DNA of 64,000 nucleotides from Candidatus Latescibacterota bacterium (lineage in GTDB: Bacteria > Latescibacterota > UBA2968 > GCA-2709665). The notes under the pieces are model-generated. The model saw nothing but the letters and a program-made list of their open reading frames with translations, was not told the origin of the DNA and did no database searches. Location: contig CAXXXF010000014.1 of NCBI GenBank assembly GCA_963667175.2, positions 192,001 through 256,000 of the forward strand, read 5' to 3'. Positions 53,911 through 64,000 of this stretch are shown piece by piece (within the stretch, counting starts at the first letter, position 1; each line of letters begins with the position of its first letter). A program made the position numbers and the translations under genes.

Positions 53911-55125
53911 ATGGCCGGACAATCCAACGGAAGACGGGTGAACCTCGCCATGGTGGGCTGCGGCGGCATCGCCGGCGCGCACCTCAGGGGATACGCCGAA
54001 CTCCTCGAGAAAAACGAAACGCGTTTTCGCATTGTCGCTGCCGTGGACGACGTCCCGGAACGCGCCAGGGAAATGGCAGACCGAATTGAGAGTCACACCG
54101 GCGAGCCGGTAAACGCCTACAGGACCGTGGAAGAACTGCTCAACGGCGAGAAACATCTGGACGGCGCCGATATCTGCGGCCCTCACGGTCTGCATCACGT
54201 CCTGGCCTGCGAGCTTCTTGCCGGCGGCGTGCATATTCTCTGCGAAAAACCCATCGGCATCACGGTGAAAGCCACGAAAAAGATAATCGCCGCGGCAAAG
54301 AAACACAAACGCATTGCCGCAACGGCCGAACAGTGCCGCCGCAGCGTCGGACAGCGCGCCATCCATTGGGCCTTCAACGCGGGCGGGCTGCTGGGAGAAC
54401 CCCGCTTCTGGCTGGCTGCCAGCGCCACCTGGCAGGACCCGCAGAAGTTTCCGGACTGGCACTGGCGCGTGGACCGTCGGCTGGGCGGGTGCGGCATGGT
54501 GATGGACAGCGGCGCCCACTGGGTGGATACAATGCGCTACTGGTTCGGCGAAATAGACAGCGTCTACGCCCGCGTGGAGCAAATTGAAAAACGCCCGCAC
54601 CGGAAGGGACGACGAATCATCAACGACACGCGAGAAGACTTCTGGACCAGCATCTTCAATTTCAAGAGCGGCGTTATCGGCACCTGGTCCTGGACCAACA
54701 GCGCCCCCGGCAAGGGATTCCTGCAACTCAATCTGACGGGCAGCAAGGGAACCCTTGTGGAGTACGATATCTTCCATCCGGCGGCAAGCACGCTTCGCGG
54801 CGAGTGTCAGTTGCAGGATGGCGTTTCGTACAGCATGGAACGCGTTGTGGGTATGTATCGGAGGAGCTTGAGCAAAGAAGAGAACCAACGCCTGTTTCCC
54901 CATGGCATCACCGGCGGCATGCCCCTGGAACTCAGGGACTTTATTGACGCGATCAGCACCGGGCGCAACGTGGAAATCGATGCGGAGGAAGGTCTGCGCA
55001 GCAAGGCAGTGAGTGAAGCGCTGTACGAATCGGGCAAATCCCGCGAAGTCGTCAAGGTAAATGACGTGCTCAGCGGAAAGGTCAACGCCTACCAGCGCGA
55101 CATCGACGAATACTGGCAGTTGTAA
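53911..55125 (+). CDS. Gfo/Idh/MocA family oxidoreductase
   Basis: VGCGGIA, PHGLH, LCEKP, DSGAHWVD. Confidence 0.9.
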   Translation: MAGQSNGRRVNLAMVGCGGIAGAHLRGYAELLEKNETRFRIVAAVDDVPERAREMADRIESHTGEPVNAYRTVEELLNGEKHLDGADICGPHGLHHVLACELLAGGVHILCEKPIGITVKATKKIIAAAKKHKRIAATAEQCRRSVGQRAIHWAFNAGGLLGEPRFWLAASATWQDPQKFPDWHWRVDRRLGGCGMVMDSGAHWVDTMRYWFGEIDSVYARVEQIEKRPHRKGRRIINDTREDFWTSIFNFKSGVIGTWSWTNSAPGKGFLQLNLTGSKGTLVEYDIFHPAASTLRGECQLQDGVSYSMERVVGMYRRSLSKEENQRLFPHGITGGMPLELRDFIDAISTGRNVEIDAEEGLRSKAVSEALYESGKSREVVKVNDVLSGKVNAYQRDIDEYWQL

Positions 55126-55241
55126 TGCGCCCGAGCGGAGGCGACCCGTGCGAGGTCGACCCGGGGTTTCGAGACCTGTCTGCCGCGCGATGCTTGGCGC
55201 AGGCAGGCGGGAGAACGTCTACCTGTCTGGGGGAAAGTACA

Positions 55242-57089
55242 TCAGGACTGTTGCAGAGCGGCGCGCTCGGCCGCGAAAGTCTGCAGGAGCTGTTCCGTAT
55301 CCTGCTGGAATCGTTCCACCGGCTCGTGAATCTGGTGCCGGAACTCCTCGCAGGTTGCCTGGTAGTACTCCTGAGCCGCCCCGCGGAACACGGCGGCGTG
55401 CTGTTGAAGCGTCCGGTGGTCGTCCTGAAAATGCTCGAGGCGGTCGTGAAGCGTCCGCATCAGACGGCTGGCGTACGCCCCCATGTTTTTTCGGTAGGCC
55501 GCGCGATAACCATTGCGGAAGTGTTCCAGGTGCTCGATCGCCTCGTCCAGAAACGTCTTCACTTCGTCGACCTGCAACGCGCGCTGTGTCGTCAGAATCA
55601 GGTGATGGCCCTGGACGGCCAGCCGCACCGCGTCGGACAGACTGGCGGGATGTTTGACGAGCACCTGCAAGAGGAATTTCCAGTATTCCGACCGGTAATT
55701 CCTGTTCCAGACGCCCTGCCGCCAGATTGAACGGAAGAACGCCCTGACTTCCTGCATCCGGATCGGCATGCTGCCGACGGGCTGGCGTTTCCGGTGACTG
55801 AAGAACGTCAGGCACCGCTCGAAGAAAACCTGCGGACTGTTCAAAATTTCGACCGTCTTCCGGTGCCGGTCAAGCAGCGCGTCCGGGTCGATCACGGGGA
55901 CGTAGCTCAATTCACGACTGAAAATGCCGGAATCTCCTGTGTACTTCGCGCCTTCCACCAGCCGCCCCTGCCGGCTGAATCTTTTATAATCCGGAGTATC
56001 CCGCAATACGCCGAGGATGCCCACCATAGCTACCGGAATGCCCGCCTCACGGATGAAGGCGATGGTCCGTTCCGCGATATCGTCCGGATCAGTATCCAGC
56101 CCGATAATGAAGCCCGCCTGCACCTCGAATCCGGTCTCCTGGAGAATCTTCACCTTGTCCATGAGCGGCGTCTCGCCCTGCAGGTTTTTCTGTGCGCCCA
56201 TGAATTTCAGGCTTTCCTCTACCGGAGACTCGATTCCGGCGAATACCTTGTCGAACCCCGCGCTGTACATGGCCTCGAGCAGTTCAGGATCGTCGCTGAC
56301 GCGAATGCTGGCCTGGGTGTGGAACTGAAAAGGATAGCCGCGCTCCTGCTGCCAAGGCACGACCTCATCCGTAAGCGCGTGGCGGATGGCCTCCCGATTC
56401 CCTACGAAGTTATCGTCGACCGCCATCACGGCGCCGCGCCATCCCGCGTTGTAGAGCGCATCGAGTTCCTGAATCATCCTGCTCTTGCTCTTCAGTCGTG
56501 TCGTCTTCCCATAGAGCGACGGAATATTGCAGAAGGTACAGCTTTCCGGACACCCGCGCGTGACCTGGATCACCATATTGCTGTAGTCGTCAAAGTCGAT
56601 GAGGGACCAGCGGGGCAGCGGCGTTACGGCCAGATCCTGAAAACTCCCGCGACGGTCCACGTATTCCCGGATGACCTCTCCCGAAGCGTTGGCGAGCCGG
56701 TCGACGATATCCATAAAGCCGTTCTCGGCCTCACCCAGGTAGAATACTCCGTTACCCTCGATTTCTTCGTAATATTGGGTCGGCAGCGGGCCGCCGTTCA
56801 GGACGGGAACCCCTATTCGGTTGCAGCGCGCAATCACGTCTTCCAACGAGTGCCAGTGAATGATCATTGACGACGTGATCACGATATCCGCCCATTCGAG
56901 ATCCTCGTCGATCAGCGGGTGGGTGTTCATATCGACCATGCGCAGGTTATAGGAATCGGGCATCATACCGGCAATGGTAAGGAGCCCCAGCGGCGGGAAT
57001 GCGACCTTCTTGTCGATCATTTTCAGGGCTTCGTCAAAACTCCAGAACGTCACGGGATTCTGGGGACTGATCAGCAACGCATTCGGCAT
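55242..57089 (-). CDS. B12-binding radical SAM protein (HpnP/DUF4070-like)
   Basis: FPPLGLLT, GGP, RGCPESCTFC, VDDNF, GIESP, GFIIGLD. Confidence 0.9.
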   Translation of the reverse strand: MPNALLISPQNPVTFWSFDEALKMIDKKVAFPPLGLLTIAGMMPDSYNLRMVDMNTHPLIDEDLEWADIVITSSMIIHWHSLEDVIARCNRIGVPVLNGGPLPTQYYEEIEGNGVFYLGEAENGFMDIVDRLANASGEVIREYVDRRGSFQDLAVTPLPRWSLIDFDDYSNMVIQVTRGCPESCTFCNIPSLYGKTTRLKSKSRMIQELDALYNAGWRGAVMAVDDNFVGNREAIRHALTDEVVPWQQERGYPFQFHTQASIRVSDDPELLEAMYSAGFDKVFAGIESPVEESLKFMGAQKNLQGETPLMDKVKILQETGFEVQAGFIIGLDTDPDDIAERTIAFIREAGIPVAMVGILGVLRDTPDYKRFSRQGRLVEGAKYTGDSGIFSRELSYVPVIDPDALLDRHRKTVEILNSPQVFFERCLTFFSHRKRQPVGSMPIRMQEVRAFFRSIWRQGVWNRNYRSEYWKFLLQVLVKHPASLSDAVRLAVQGHHLILTTQRALQVDEVKTFLDEAIEHLEHFRNGYRAAYRKNMGAYASRLMRTLHDRLEHFQDDHRTLQQHAAVFRGAAQEYYQATCEEFRHQIHEPVERFQQDTEQLLQTFAAERAALQQS

Positions 57090-57446
57090 GTACCAACCCT
57101 TTCAACGAACACACAAAGAGACCGCCCTTACGGAAACGGCCGGACAATCGCAGCAGGTCGTCTGTCCGCGCCGGCGGTTTGAATCATCGACCCGCCCGAT
57201 CCGCGCGGACATCAGGCGCTTTCAGACTATAATATAACGGTTTTTGGGATTCGCGCCACCGTAAAAGTGACCGGCTTCGAGGCCCCGATGCCGGGAACGT
57301 CGCGCCGCCAGGCCGATGTTCCCTTGGCTCCGGAACGGACAGGAGATTACCCTTGACAGGGCGTCCGGAACCGCCGTAACATATTGAAGAAACGCCATGT
57401 CCGGGCGTCACCGGATTTGTTCGTCCACTATTCACGGGGAAATGCC

Positions 57447-58184
57447 TTGGCCCTGACCGAAGAGGATCTGTGGTATTTCAACCACACCGGCATCTACAGG
57501 GTTCCGGAAACCCTGCCGGACGATCTCGTCGGACGCCTGAACGCCGTGACCGACGAACAGATCCGGGGGATGATCGAACCGGTTGTCTGGGAGAAATCCG
57601 GCTCTCGCGGACCCGGCGACGTGCGCCGGCTCTCGAAGATCCTCTCCCGTGACCGTACTTATCTCCACGCGGCCACTCATCCTCGTGTTCTGGATCCACT
57701 CACATCCATTCTCGGCCCGAATATCGAATTGCTCACGAACAAACACAATCACATCATGGTCCGCCCGCCTGGATCAGAAACCGTCTACTGGCACAGCGGA
57801 GAAGAACCCTACCAGCCCGCACTGGTTACGGCCCTCATCTACCTCGAGGAGTCCACTCTGGACAATGGCTGCGTCCGCATCGTGCCGGGAAGCCATCGGC
57901 GTCCGTTCAGGCGTCCGCGACGTCCGGACGGGGAGTTCGAGACCTCCGACCTATTCACCAAATCTCTCCCCGTGCCGATGCCGCGCGGGGGTGTCCTGCT
58001 GTTCAACGACGCATGCTTCCACGGTTCCGGCGCCAACAATTCGACCGTTTCCCGAAGGAGCATGACACTGGGTTACCAGACGCACGCCGCCCACGACGTC
58101 ATCAAAGAGGACCCTGAAAAAATCCTCGTCGCGGGCGAACGAATCTATATCGGTCATCCGCACCCTTTCCCCCGGGTCGAGTAA
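57447..58184 (+). CDS. Phytanoyl-CoA dioxygenase (PhyH) family protein
   Basis: YLEESTLDNGCVRIVPGSH, FHGSGANNS..SRR; TTG start after GGGGA. Confidence 0.85.
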   Translation: MALTEEDLWYFNHTGIYRVPETLPDDLVGRLNAVTDEQIRGMIEPVVWEKSGSRGPGDVRRLSKILSRDRTYLHAATHPRVLDPLTSILGPNIELLTNKHNHIMVRPPGSETVYWHSGEEPYQPALVTALIYLEESTLDNGCVRIVPGSHRRPFRRPRRPDGEFETSDLFTKSLPVPMPRGGVLLFNDACFHGSGANNSTVSRRSMTLGYQTHAAHDVIKEDPEKILVAGERIYIGHPHPFPRVE

Positions 58185-58196
58185 GAGGAGACGCCG

Positions 58197-58868
58197 ATGG
58201 ACGGCATACACGATATGGGCGGGATGCACGGATTCGGCCCGGTCGTACGCGAAGAAGACGAACCCCTGTTCCATCATGAGTGGGAAAGGCGCGTGCTGGG
58301 CATCGCCGTTGCCACACCCGTGCCCGTGCCCGGCGGTTCGCGCAACAACATCGAAAACATGGACCCTGCCCACTATCTGTCGTCCACCTACTACGAAAAG
58401 TGGCTACACTCCAGGGTCAAGGGCCTGATCGATGCCGGCGCCCTTACAGCGAACGAGCTGGAGACGAGAATGGCGCTGCTCCGGAAGAGGCCGGACGCCG
58501 AAACACCGGTCCACCCCGACCCGGACGGCGTCCGCGCTGACCTCGCGAGCCGAGGAACGGCTCCATCCACACCATCGCAAGCGGACGTGCGGCCGCAATA
58601 TCAAGAAGGCGACCCGGTACTGGCGCTGAACCTCCACCCTGAAGGGCACACCCGGCTTCCGCGGTACGTCCGGGGAAAAACGGGCACGATCGCGCGCTTT
58701 TACGGTATCCACGACCTTCAGGACGCCGAATTGCCCCGCGGGTGCGTGCGCCGCGAACAACCGCTGTATGCCGTGCGCTTCGCATCCCGCGAACTGTGGG
58801 GGGAGTGTGCCGAAGCCGGTAGCGCAGTCTATCTGGATATGTGGGAAGGCTATCTGGAACCCGTGTAA
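58197..58868 (+). CDS. nthB: Nitrile hydratase beta subunit
   Basis: MDGIHDMGGMHGFG, WERR, YYEKW, HTRLPRYVRGK, YAVRF. Confidence 0.95.
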   Translation: MDGIHDMGGMHGFGPVVREEDEPLFHHEWERRVLGIAVATPVPVPGGSRNNIENMDPAHYLSSTYYEKWLHSRVKGLIDAGALTANELETRMALLRKRPDAETPVHPDPDGVRADLASRGTAPSTPSQADVRPQYQEGDPVLALNLHPEGHTRLPRYVRGKTGTIARFYGIHDLQDAELPRGCVRREQPLYAVRFASRELWGECAEAGSAVYLDMWEGYLEPV

Positions 58869-58898
58869 TCACAACTGGAACAGAGAGGGCCCGTTGCC

Positions 58899-59507
58899 AT
58901 GAGCAGACATGAAGACACGGTACCGAGCGGGCCCGACGCGGCGCTACGCACACGAGCGCTGGAGTCGCTCCTGGTTGAGAAGGGTCTGGTCACGACCGAA
59001 CGCATAGACGAAGTCGTGAACATGTACGAGAACGACGTCGGCCCGCTCAACGGCGCCAGAGTGGTGGCCCGCGCCTGGACGGACCCCGACTACAGGCGGA
59101 GACTGCTGGAAGACGGCAGAGCGGCGATTGCGGAACTGGGCTTCAGCGGCAGGGAGGGCGCTGAGATCGTCGTTCTGGAAAACACGCCGGAAGTCCACAA
59201 CGTTGTGGTTTGCACCCTGTGCTCCTGTTATCCCTGGCAGGTGCTCGGCCTGCCGCCCGGATGGTACAAGTCCTACGCCTACCGCTCCCGACTCGTCCGG
59301 GAACCGAGAGCCGTACTGAAGGAGTTCGACCTTCATCTGCCCGATTCGGTGGAGGTCCGTGTCTGGGACAGCAACTCGGATCTCCGCTATATGGTACTCC
59401 CGGAACGTCCCGGCGGCACGGAAGGCTTTACCGAGGAGGCGCTTGTCCCGCTCGTCACGCGCGACGCGATGATCGGCGTTGCCAGGCTCGATTCCCCATC
59501 GACGTGA
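58899..59507 (+). CDS. nthA: Nitrile hydratase alpha subunit, cobalt type
   Basis: [10 protein letters not shown] (Thr/Tyr = Co-type signature), [17 protein letters not shown]. Confidence 0.96.
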   Translation: MSRHEDTVPSGPDAALRTRALESLLVEKGLVTTERIDEVVNMYENDVGPLNGARVVARAWTDPDYRRRLLEDGRAAIAELGFSGREGAEIVVLENTPEVHNVVVCTLCSCYPWQVLGLPPGWYKSYAYRSRLVREPRAVLKEFDLHLPDSVEVRVWDSNSDLRYMVLPERPGGTEGFTEEALVPLVTRDAMIGVARLDSPST

Positions 59508-59573
59508 GACGAGCATGATCCGTGGAATCGACAGGAAGATTGCGGACGCGGAAACGACCTTGCGATCCGTCAA

Positions 59574-60557
59574 TCAGGCGCCCACGTTAACCGGCCGGCC
59601 CTCCCGCGCCGACCTGTAGACGGCCTCCAGCAACGCCACTGTCCGGCGGCCTTCCCGCCCGTGGACCCGGAGCGGCGTCCTTCTCTCCACGGCGCTGACC
59701 ACGTCCTCCACGATATTCTGAAGTGGATTCTCCACCGTCGCCAGCCGTTCCTGCAGACCCTCGCCGAATACCTTCATGCCGCCGGTCAGCACGTCTTCGA
59801 TCAGCACCCCGCCGTCCGATCCGTGAACTTCCGCGCTGAAATACGCACTCGACGGAAACGTGGTGGTTCCGACAATCGTGCCTTTCGCGCCGCTCTCGAA
59901 ATTCACGATCGCCAGCCCGATATCCTCAGTCTCGATCTCGTGATTCATGACGGCCATTTCACCATAGACCGAAACCGCGTCGCCCATAAACCAGCACAGC
60001 ACGTCCAGGAGGTGCGCCCCCTGGTTGGCGAGCGATCCGCCCCCGTCCATCTTCCACGTCCCACGCCAGCCGCCGCTCGCCTCGAAATAGGACGCCGCCC
60101 GGAACCACTTGAAACGCACCTCGCCGAGAATGGGCTTGCCGAGCCAGCCCCGCCTCAGCGCTTCGGCCACGCGCCAGTTGTTGTCGACGTACCGGCTCTG
60201 GTAGTCCACGCCGCAGAGCACGCCGGCCTCGTCGCAGGCCGCGATCAACCGGTCGCACGCGTCGGTCGACACGTCCATGGGCTTGGTCGTGATCACGTGT
60301 TTGGCCGCGCGGGCTGCCCGGATGCCCAGGTCGGCGTGGGTCCCGCTGGGGGTCATCACCATCACCACGTCCACGTCCGCCCGATCAAGCGCCGCGTTCA
60401 GGTCCGTCGTGCCCTCCACGTCCAGTTCGGAACTCACCTTTTCCAGGCGCGTTCGGTCCAGGTCCACCACGACCTTCAACTCCGCGCCGTCCGTGGCGTG
60501 GATCAGTCTGGACCGGTTGTGTCCCATTCCCAGGCCGACAACCGCGAATCCGACCAT
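59574..60557 (-). CDS. Gfo/Idh/MocA family oxidoreductase
   Basis: VGLGMG, TPSGTH, TKPM, WRGTWKMDGGGSLANQGAH. Confidence 0.92.
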   Translation of the reverse strand: MVGFAVVGLGMGHNRSRLIHATDGAELKVVVDLDRTRLEKVSSELDVEGTTDLNAALDRADVDVVMVMTPSGTHADLGIRAARAAKHVITTKPMDVSTDACDRLIAACDEAGVLCGVDYQSRYVDNNWRVAEALRRGWLGKPILGEVRFKWFRAASYFEASGGWRGTWKMDGGGSLANQGAHLLDVLCWFMGDAVSVYGEMAVMNHEIETEDIGLAIVNFESGAKGTIVGTTTFPSSAYFSAEVHGSDGGVLIEDVLTGGMKVFGEGLQERLATVENPLQNIVEDVVSAVERRTPLRVHGREGRRTVALLEAVYRSAREGRPVNVGA

Positions 60558-60664
60558 GTCTGATAGCCTCCCCTGTTGATCTGTCCCAAAAAGACGTCAC
60601 CATTTCCCACAGTTCTCTTTTTGCCTTGGATTCTTCCCCACCCCTTAACTTCCCCTATTCCCTT

Positions 60665-60900
60665 GCCCTTTTTCTTGCTTCGCCCAAGAAAAAGGGCGAA
60701 AAAGAAGGGCGCCTGCCTGCGCAACGTACTGCGCTGCAGGCAGGCCGCTCAAACGCTGCGGGGCTGCTTTTCCGCGAACCGCCTCTGTGAAGAAACATTG
60801 CGCCGTTGCCCTGTAACCCTCGCAGGCGTTCCTGGACGCTCGTGCTGGACGGACTAGCGAGGAAAAGCCCCTACCCGACGACCGGGCGGGCGAAGGGGAT
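60665..60900. repeat. MITE-like intergenic element (TTTTTCTTGCTTCGCCCAAGAAAAAG end) carrying a 33-bp mini-element at 60712-60744
   Basis: Terminal hairpin CTTTTTCTTG-N7-CAAGAAAAAG; right boundary uncertain. Confidence 0.45.
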
Positions 60901-60959
60901 TCCAGGCAGGTCTGTCTCACGGAGTCCCAGTCGTTCCGCCGTCTTCCTTTCGCTGTTTG

Positions 60960-61003
60960 TCTTTGATTTTGGCAGACGGCTGAATGCTGACAGCTGAAAG
61001 CTG
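60960..61003 (-). repeat. Heptamer tandem-repeat element, copy 4 (inverted)
   Basis: Minus strand CAGCTTTCAGCTGTCAGCATTCAGCCGTCTGCCAAAATCAAAGA. Confidence 0.65.
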
Positions 61004-61029
61004 CCTTTTGCTGCTTCTCGTCCCGCGAA

Positions 61030-61983
61030 TCAGCCGAACAGTTCCCGTACCCGACTCACGGCGTGGGCCGACAATGTCTTCCCGGCGGCGTTGACGATGT
61101 CATCCAGTTGTGCCGGCGTCTTCGCCCCGGGGATGACCGTGGAAACCGCGGGATTCGAAAGGACGAACCGCAACGCCGCGTCGACCATGGAATCCGCCTC
61201 CTCCAGCAGAAAATCCAGCTTTCCGACCTGCGCCGCCGTCTCTCTCACCCTCTCTGACGTGTACCTGATACTCCGCAGGTCGTCCGCGGGAAATTCGGTA
61301 CGTTCATTGTACTTTCCCGTCAGCCAGCCGGAAGCCAGGGGCACCCGCGCGATCATGCCCACGCCCTTTTCCAGCGCCGCGGGAAACAGGGCGTCGCCTT
61401 CCTTCTGCTGAAGGATGTTGTACACCAGCTGAATCGCCTCGGCGCCGCCCTCCATCGCGCGCAGTCCTTCCTCCACAACCACGTCGGAGGTTTCGACCGG
61501 ACTGATCGAAACGCCCCACGCACAAATCTTGCCCGACCCCTTCAGGTCTCTCATCAACCCGAACAGGGCGTCGGTCATGCCCTCCAGCGGCGGGCCGTGC
61601 AACAGATACAGATCCACGGTATCTCGCTCCAGGCGCGTAAGACTCGCGTCCAGCGCGCCAAGGATATACGGTTCGGAGAAATCCTGCCCCGGCGCCGCGA
61701 GACTCATCCCAACCTTGGTGCAGATCACGGCATCGTTCTTGTTTTCGTACAAACCCAGACCCACCAGCACCTCGCTCTTGCCGCGGCCGTACGCATCCGC
61801 TGTATCATAGAATGTCACACCGCGCGCCCAGGAACGGCGGACGGTGTCAATCGACCCCATGACGTCCACACCGGACCAGCCGGTGGGGCTGCCTCCCCGG
61901 AATGACGCGCCGCCGATCGGCCAGCAACCCAACCCCACTTCCGAGATCCGTATTCCCGTTCGTCCAAGTTCCCGAGACCTCAT
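61030..61983 (-). CDS. Aldo/keto reductase
   Basis: GLGCW, YDTADAYG, TKVG, SLTRL..DLYLLH, PLASGWLTGK, VIPG. Confidence 0.93.
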   Translation of the reverse strand: MRSRELGRTGIRISEVGLGCWPIGGASFRGGSPTGWSGVDVMGSIDTVRRSWARGVTFYDTADAYGRGKSEVLVGLGLYENKNDAVICTKVGMSLAAPGQDFSEPYILGALDASLTRLERDTVDLYLLHGPPLEGMTDALFGLMRDLKGSGKICAWGVSISPVETSDVVVEEGLRAMEGGAEAIQLVYNILQQKEGDALFPAALEKGVGMIARVPLASGWLTGKYNERTEFPADDLRSIRYTSERVRETAAQVGKLDFLLEEADSMVDAALRFVLSNPAVSTVIPGAKTPAQLDDIVNAAGKTLSAHAVSRVRELFG

Positions 61984-62024
61984 CCTGCCCTCCCTCTTTC
62001 ATCAGTACGATGCCTGCGCGGGGG

Positions 62025-63209
62025 TCAATCCGCCAATGCAAACGCCTCGCGTTCCCGACGGAGCAACCCCTCCGGATCCACCCACTGACTCACCACCAGT
62101 GAAATCAACGCCAGGACCGCGCCGCTGAAAAAGATCACCTGGTAGCCGAAGTAACGCCACACCAGCCCGCCGATCAGCGGCGCAGCCACGGCTGCGAAAT
62201 GGTTCATTGTCACACCCATGGACAGCGTGGGTTTCAGGTCCTCCTGCGGCGCGATCTTGTGCAGGTACGTGGTCAGCGCGATGCCCCCGAAGAAGATAAG
62301 GTTGTCCAGGCAATATAGCACGTACAGCGTCGGACGGTGCTGAATTGCGCCATATCCGAAGAAAACGAAGGCCAGCCCGATATAGCTCCAGCTGAGCACC
62401 GCCCGCTCTCCATACATGTCCACCATCCGGCCCATCAACGGGGCCGTTAACGTAATCAGCGTCTGATTGATGAGCACGAGCGCCATCGTCGTCTCCACGG
62501 GCATCCCATGGACTTTCACCAGCGCGAAGATGGCAAACGTAATAAACATCTGCTTTCGGCAACCCTGAAGAAAATTCAGCGCGTAATACAGGCCGTAGCG
62601 GCGTCGGAACACGAAACTCTTCTCCCGAACGTCCGGGCGCCTTCTGCTGGCGAAGAAGATCGTCAGTCCGCCCAGCGCGGTGATCGCTCCCGCGCCCACG
62701 AACAGCCAGTCGTAGCGGATCAGATGGAAAACGAGATTGCAGACCCCGATGGTCAGCAGCCACGCCAGGGCATGAACGCTCCGCAACTGACCCAGCCATT
62801 TTCCTTTCTTTCCCTCGGGCGAAAACCGCAACGCCATGGACTGTTCCATGGGGATCCAGCAATGGAACCCGATGCCCCACAGCGCCGAATATACCGCGAG
62901 GGAAAACACGGTATACACGTCGGCGTACGCGGCAAGCCCGGCGCCCATCACCAGCAGGGAAACACCCGCGACGACAGGTGGCGCCACGCGCATCATGAGC
63001 GCGATGAAGAACGCATTCAGGAATCCCGACGTCTCCCGCAGGGCTTCCACGTACCCGAGTTCGTGCGGCTCGATGCCCAGGCGATCCACGGCGAAGTTGT
63101 TGTACAACGTGAGTTGCACGCCAAAGAACACGCCGACGGAAAACGCCGCCGCGGCCAGCAGTTTGAAATCCCGGTTCCATTCGGAAAACGGATTGCCGAT
63201 CCGGATCAA
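62025..63209 (-). CDS. MFS transporter
   Basis: ~12 TM; GRMVDMYGER loop motif; TTG start after GGAG (start uncertain). Confidence 0.85.
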   Translation of the reverse strand: MIRIGNPFSEWNRDFKLLAAAAFSVGVFFGVQLTLYNNFAVDRLGIEPHELGYVEALRETSGFLNAFFIALMMRVAPPVVAGVSLLVMGAGLAAYADVYTVFSLAVYSALWGIGFHCWIPMEQSMALRFSPEGKKGKWLGQLRSVHALAWLLTIGVCNLVFHLIRYDWLFVGAGAITALGGLTIFFASRRRPDVREKSFVFRRRYGLYYALNFLQGCRKQMFITFAIFALVKVHGMPVETTMALVLINQTLITLTAPLMGRMVDMYGERAVLSWSYIGLAFVFFGYGAIQHRPTLYVLYCLDNLIFFGGIALTTYLHKIAPQEDLKPTLSMGVTMNHFAAVAAPLIGGLVWRYFGYQVIFFSGAVLALISLVVSQWVDPEGLLRREREAFALAD

Positions 63210-63280
63210 TTGTGGCTCCGATCGGGGGAAGGACGTTCGGGTGTCCTGCCTTGCACATTTGACCGGACGAGAACAGAGGG

Positions 63281-63646
63281 CTAGTCCACGTCCACAACCA
63301 CGCGCACGCCGACAACGCGGACCGGGTAGACCCGCACGCGGAACCGATCGGGCTCGATCAGGGCGCGGCCGGTGGCCAGGTCGAATTGCCAGCCGTGCCA
63401 GGGGCAGGTCAGGATTTCGCCCACGCGGCCGTAGGTGATTTCCTCGCCGGGACGGCACGGCAGGGCGGTACCGCCCACGTTTCCGGCGGACAGCGGGGCG
63501 CCCTGATGGGGACAGATATCGCGCAACGCGAAAAACCGGCGGCCGCGTCGGACCACCGTCAACGCCCTCCCTCCCGCTGCCACCCGACGTGGCCGGCCGG
63601 GCCCGAAGTCCTCAACTGACCCGATATCGATTGTCTTCAAGGCCAT
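63281..63646 (-). CDS. Rieske (2Fe-2S) ferredoxin
   Basis: CPHQGAPL and CPWHGWQF. Confidence 0.92.
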   Translation of the reverse strand: MALKTIDIGSVEDFGPGRPRRVAAGGRALTVVRRGRRFFALRDICPHQGAPLSAGNVGGTALPCRPGEEITYGRVGEILTCPWHGWQFDLATGRALIEPDRFRVRVYPVRVVGVRVVVDVD

Positions 63647-64000
63647 AGAAAGCCGCCGCGTTTTCGGACAGAATGCGTTGTCTGAGGGCGCCTTTGATGA
63701 CCCGCGGCAGGGCCCGGTCCGGGGCGTCGAAGTCCCAGTGGGGGTAATCGGTGGCAAACATCAGGAAGTCGTCACGCCCGATCATATCCAGAATGGACAG
63801 CAGGTGCCGCGTATCGGCGGGTTCCTCCATGGGCTGCGTCGTGGCGCGGAAGTGATCCAGGATGTATTCGCTTGGCAGCCTCCGGAGCCAGGGCACTTCG
63901 CCGCGCAGCCCCCGGTAGTTCTTGTCCAGCCGCCACATGAGCGCCGGAAGCCAGGCAAATCCTCCCTCGATGAGGGCCGCCCGGGCGAACGGCAATTCCT
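63612..64000 (-). CDS. Amidohydrolase_2 family protein, 5' part outside window
   Basis: [32 protein letters not shown]. Confidence 0.85.
   Translation of the reverse strand, partial: ELPFARAALIEGGFAWLPALMWRLDKNYRGLRGEVPWLRRLPSEYILDHFRATTQPMEEPADTRHLLSILDMIGRDDFLMFATDYPHWDFDAPDRALPRVIKGALRQRILSENAAAFYGLEDNRYRVS

Overview
GC-rich bacterial chromosomal segment. The gene content is compatible with an uncultured heterotroph such as a Latescibacterota-like lineage, but that is inference only. Most of the window is housekeeping or metabolic: a lysine-riboswitch-led dapA-pckG-dapB-transaldolase-like run, purD/purE/purF, a pyrH paralog, rpsT, a CysM-Mec-CysO-Rrf2-CysK cysteine cluster plus cysH, iscS-mrp-moeZ, tRNA-Lys, ppdK-parA-parB-ftsY, CIRCE-groESL, Ni-SOD, rnr, a Co-type nitrile hydratase, a B12 radical SAM enzyme and many oxidoreductases. 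No CRISPR, rRNA or intact transposase was seen. The most unusual signals are intergenic. (1) A family of 19-33 bp CCTG(C/T)CTG...CAG(G/A)CAGG palindromic mini-elements shows three filled/empty site pairs in the window, nests inside itself and always sits at an R^Y junction with no separate target duplication. (2) A low-GC cassette with its own promoter and terminator encodes a SLATT-like 2TM protein coupled to an unannotated 59-aa peptide with 15 consecutive prolines, and is flanked by ~93-bp direct repeats. (3) An ORF-less 758-nt group II intron has an EBS1 that still pairs perfectly with its flanking exon. (4) Several toxin-antitoxin modules have lost their toxins.
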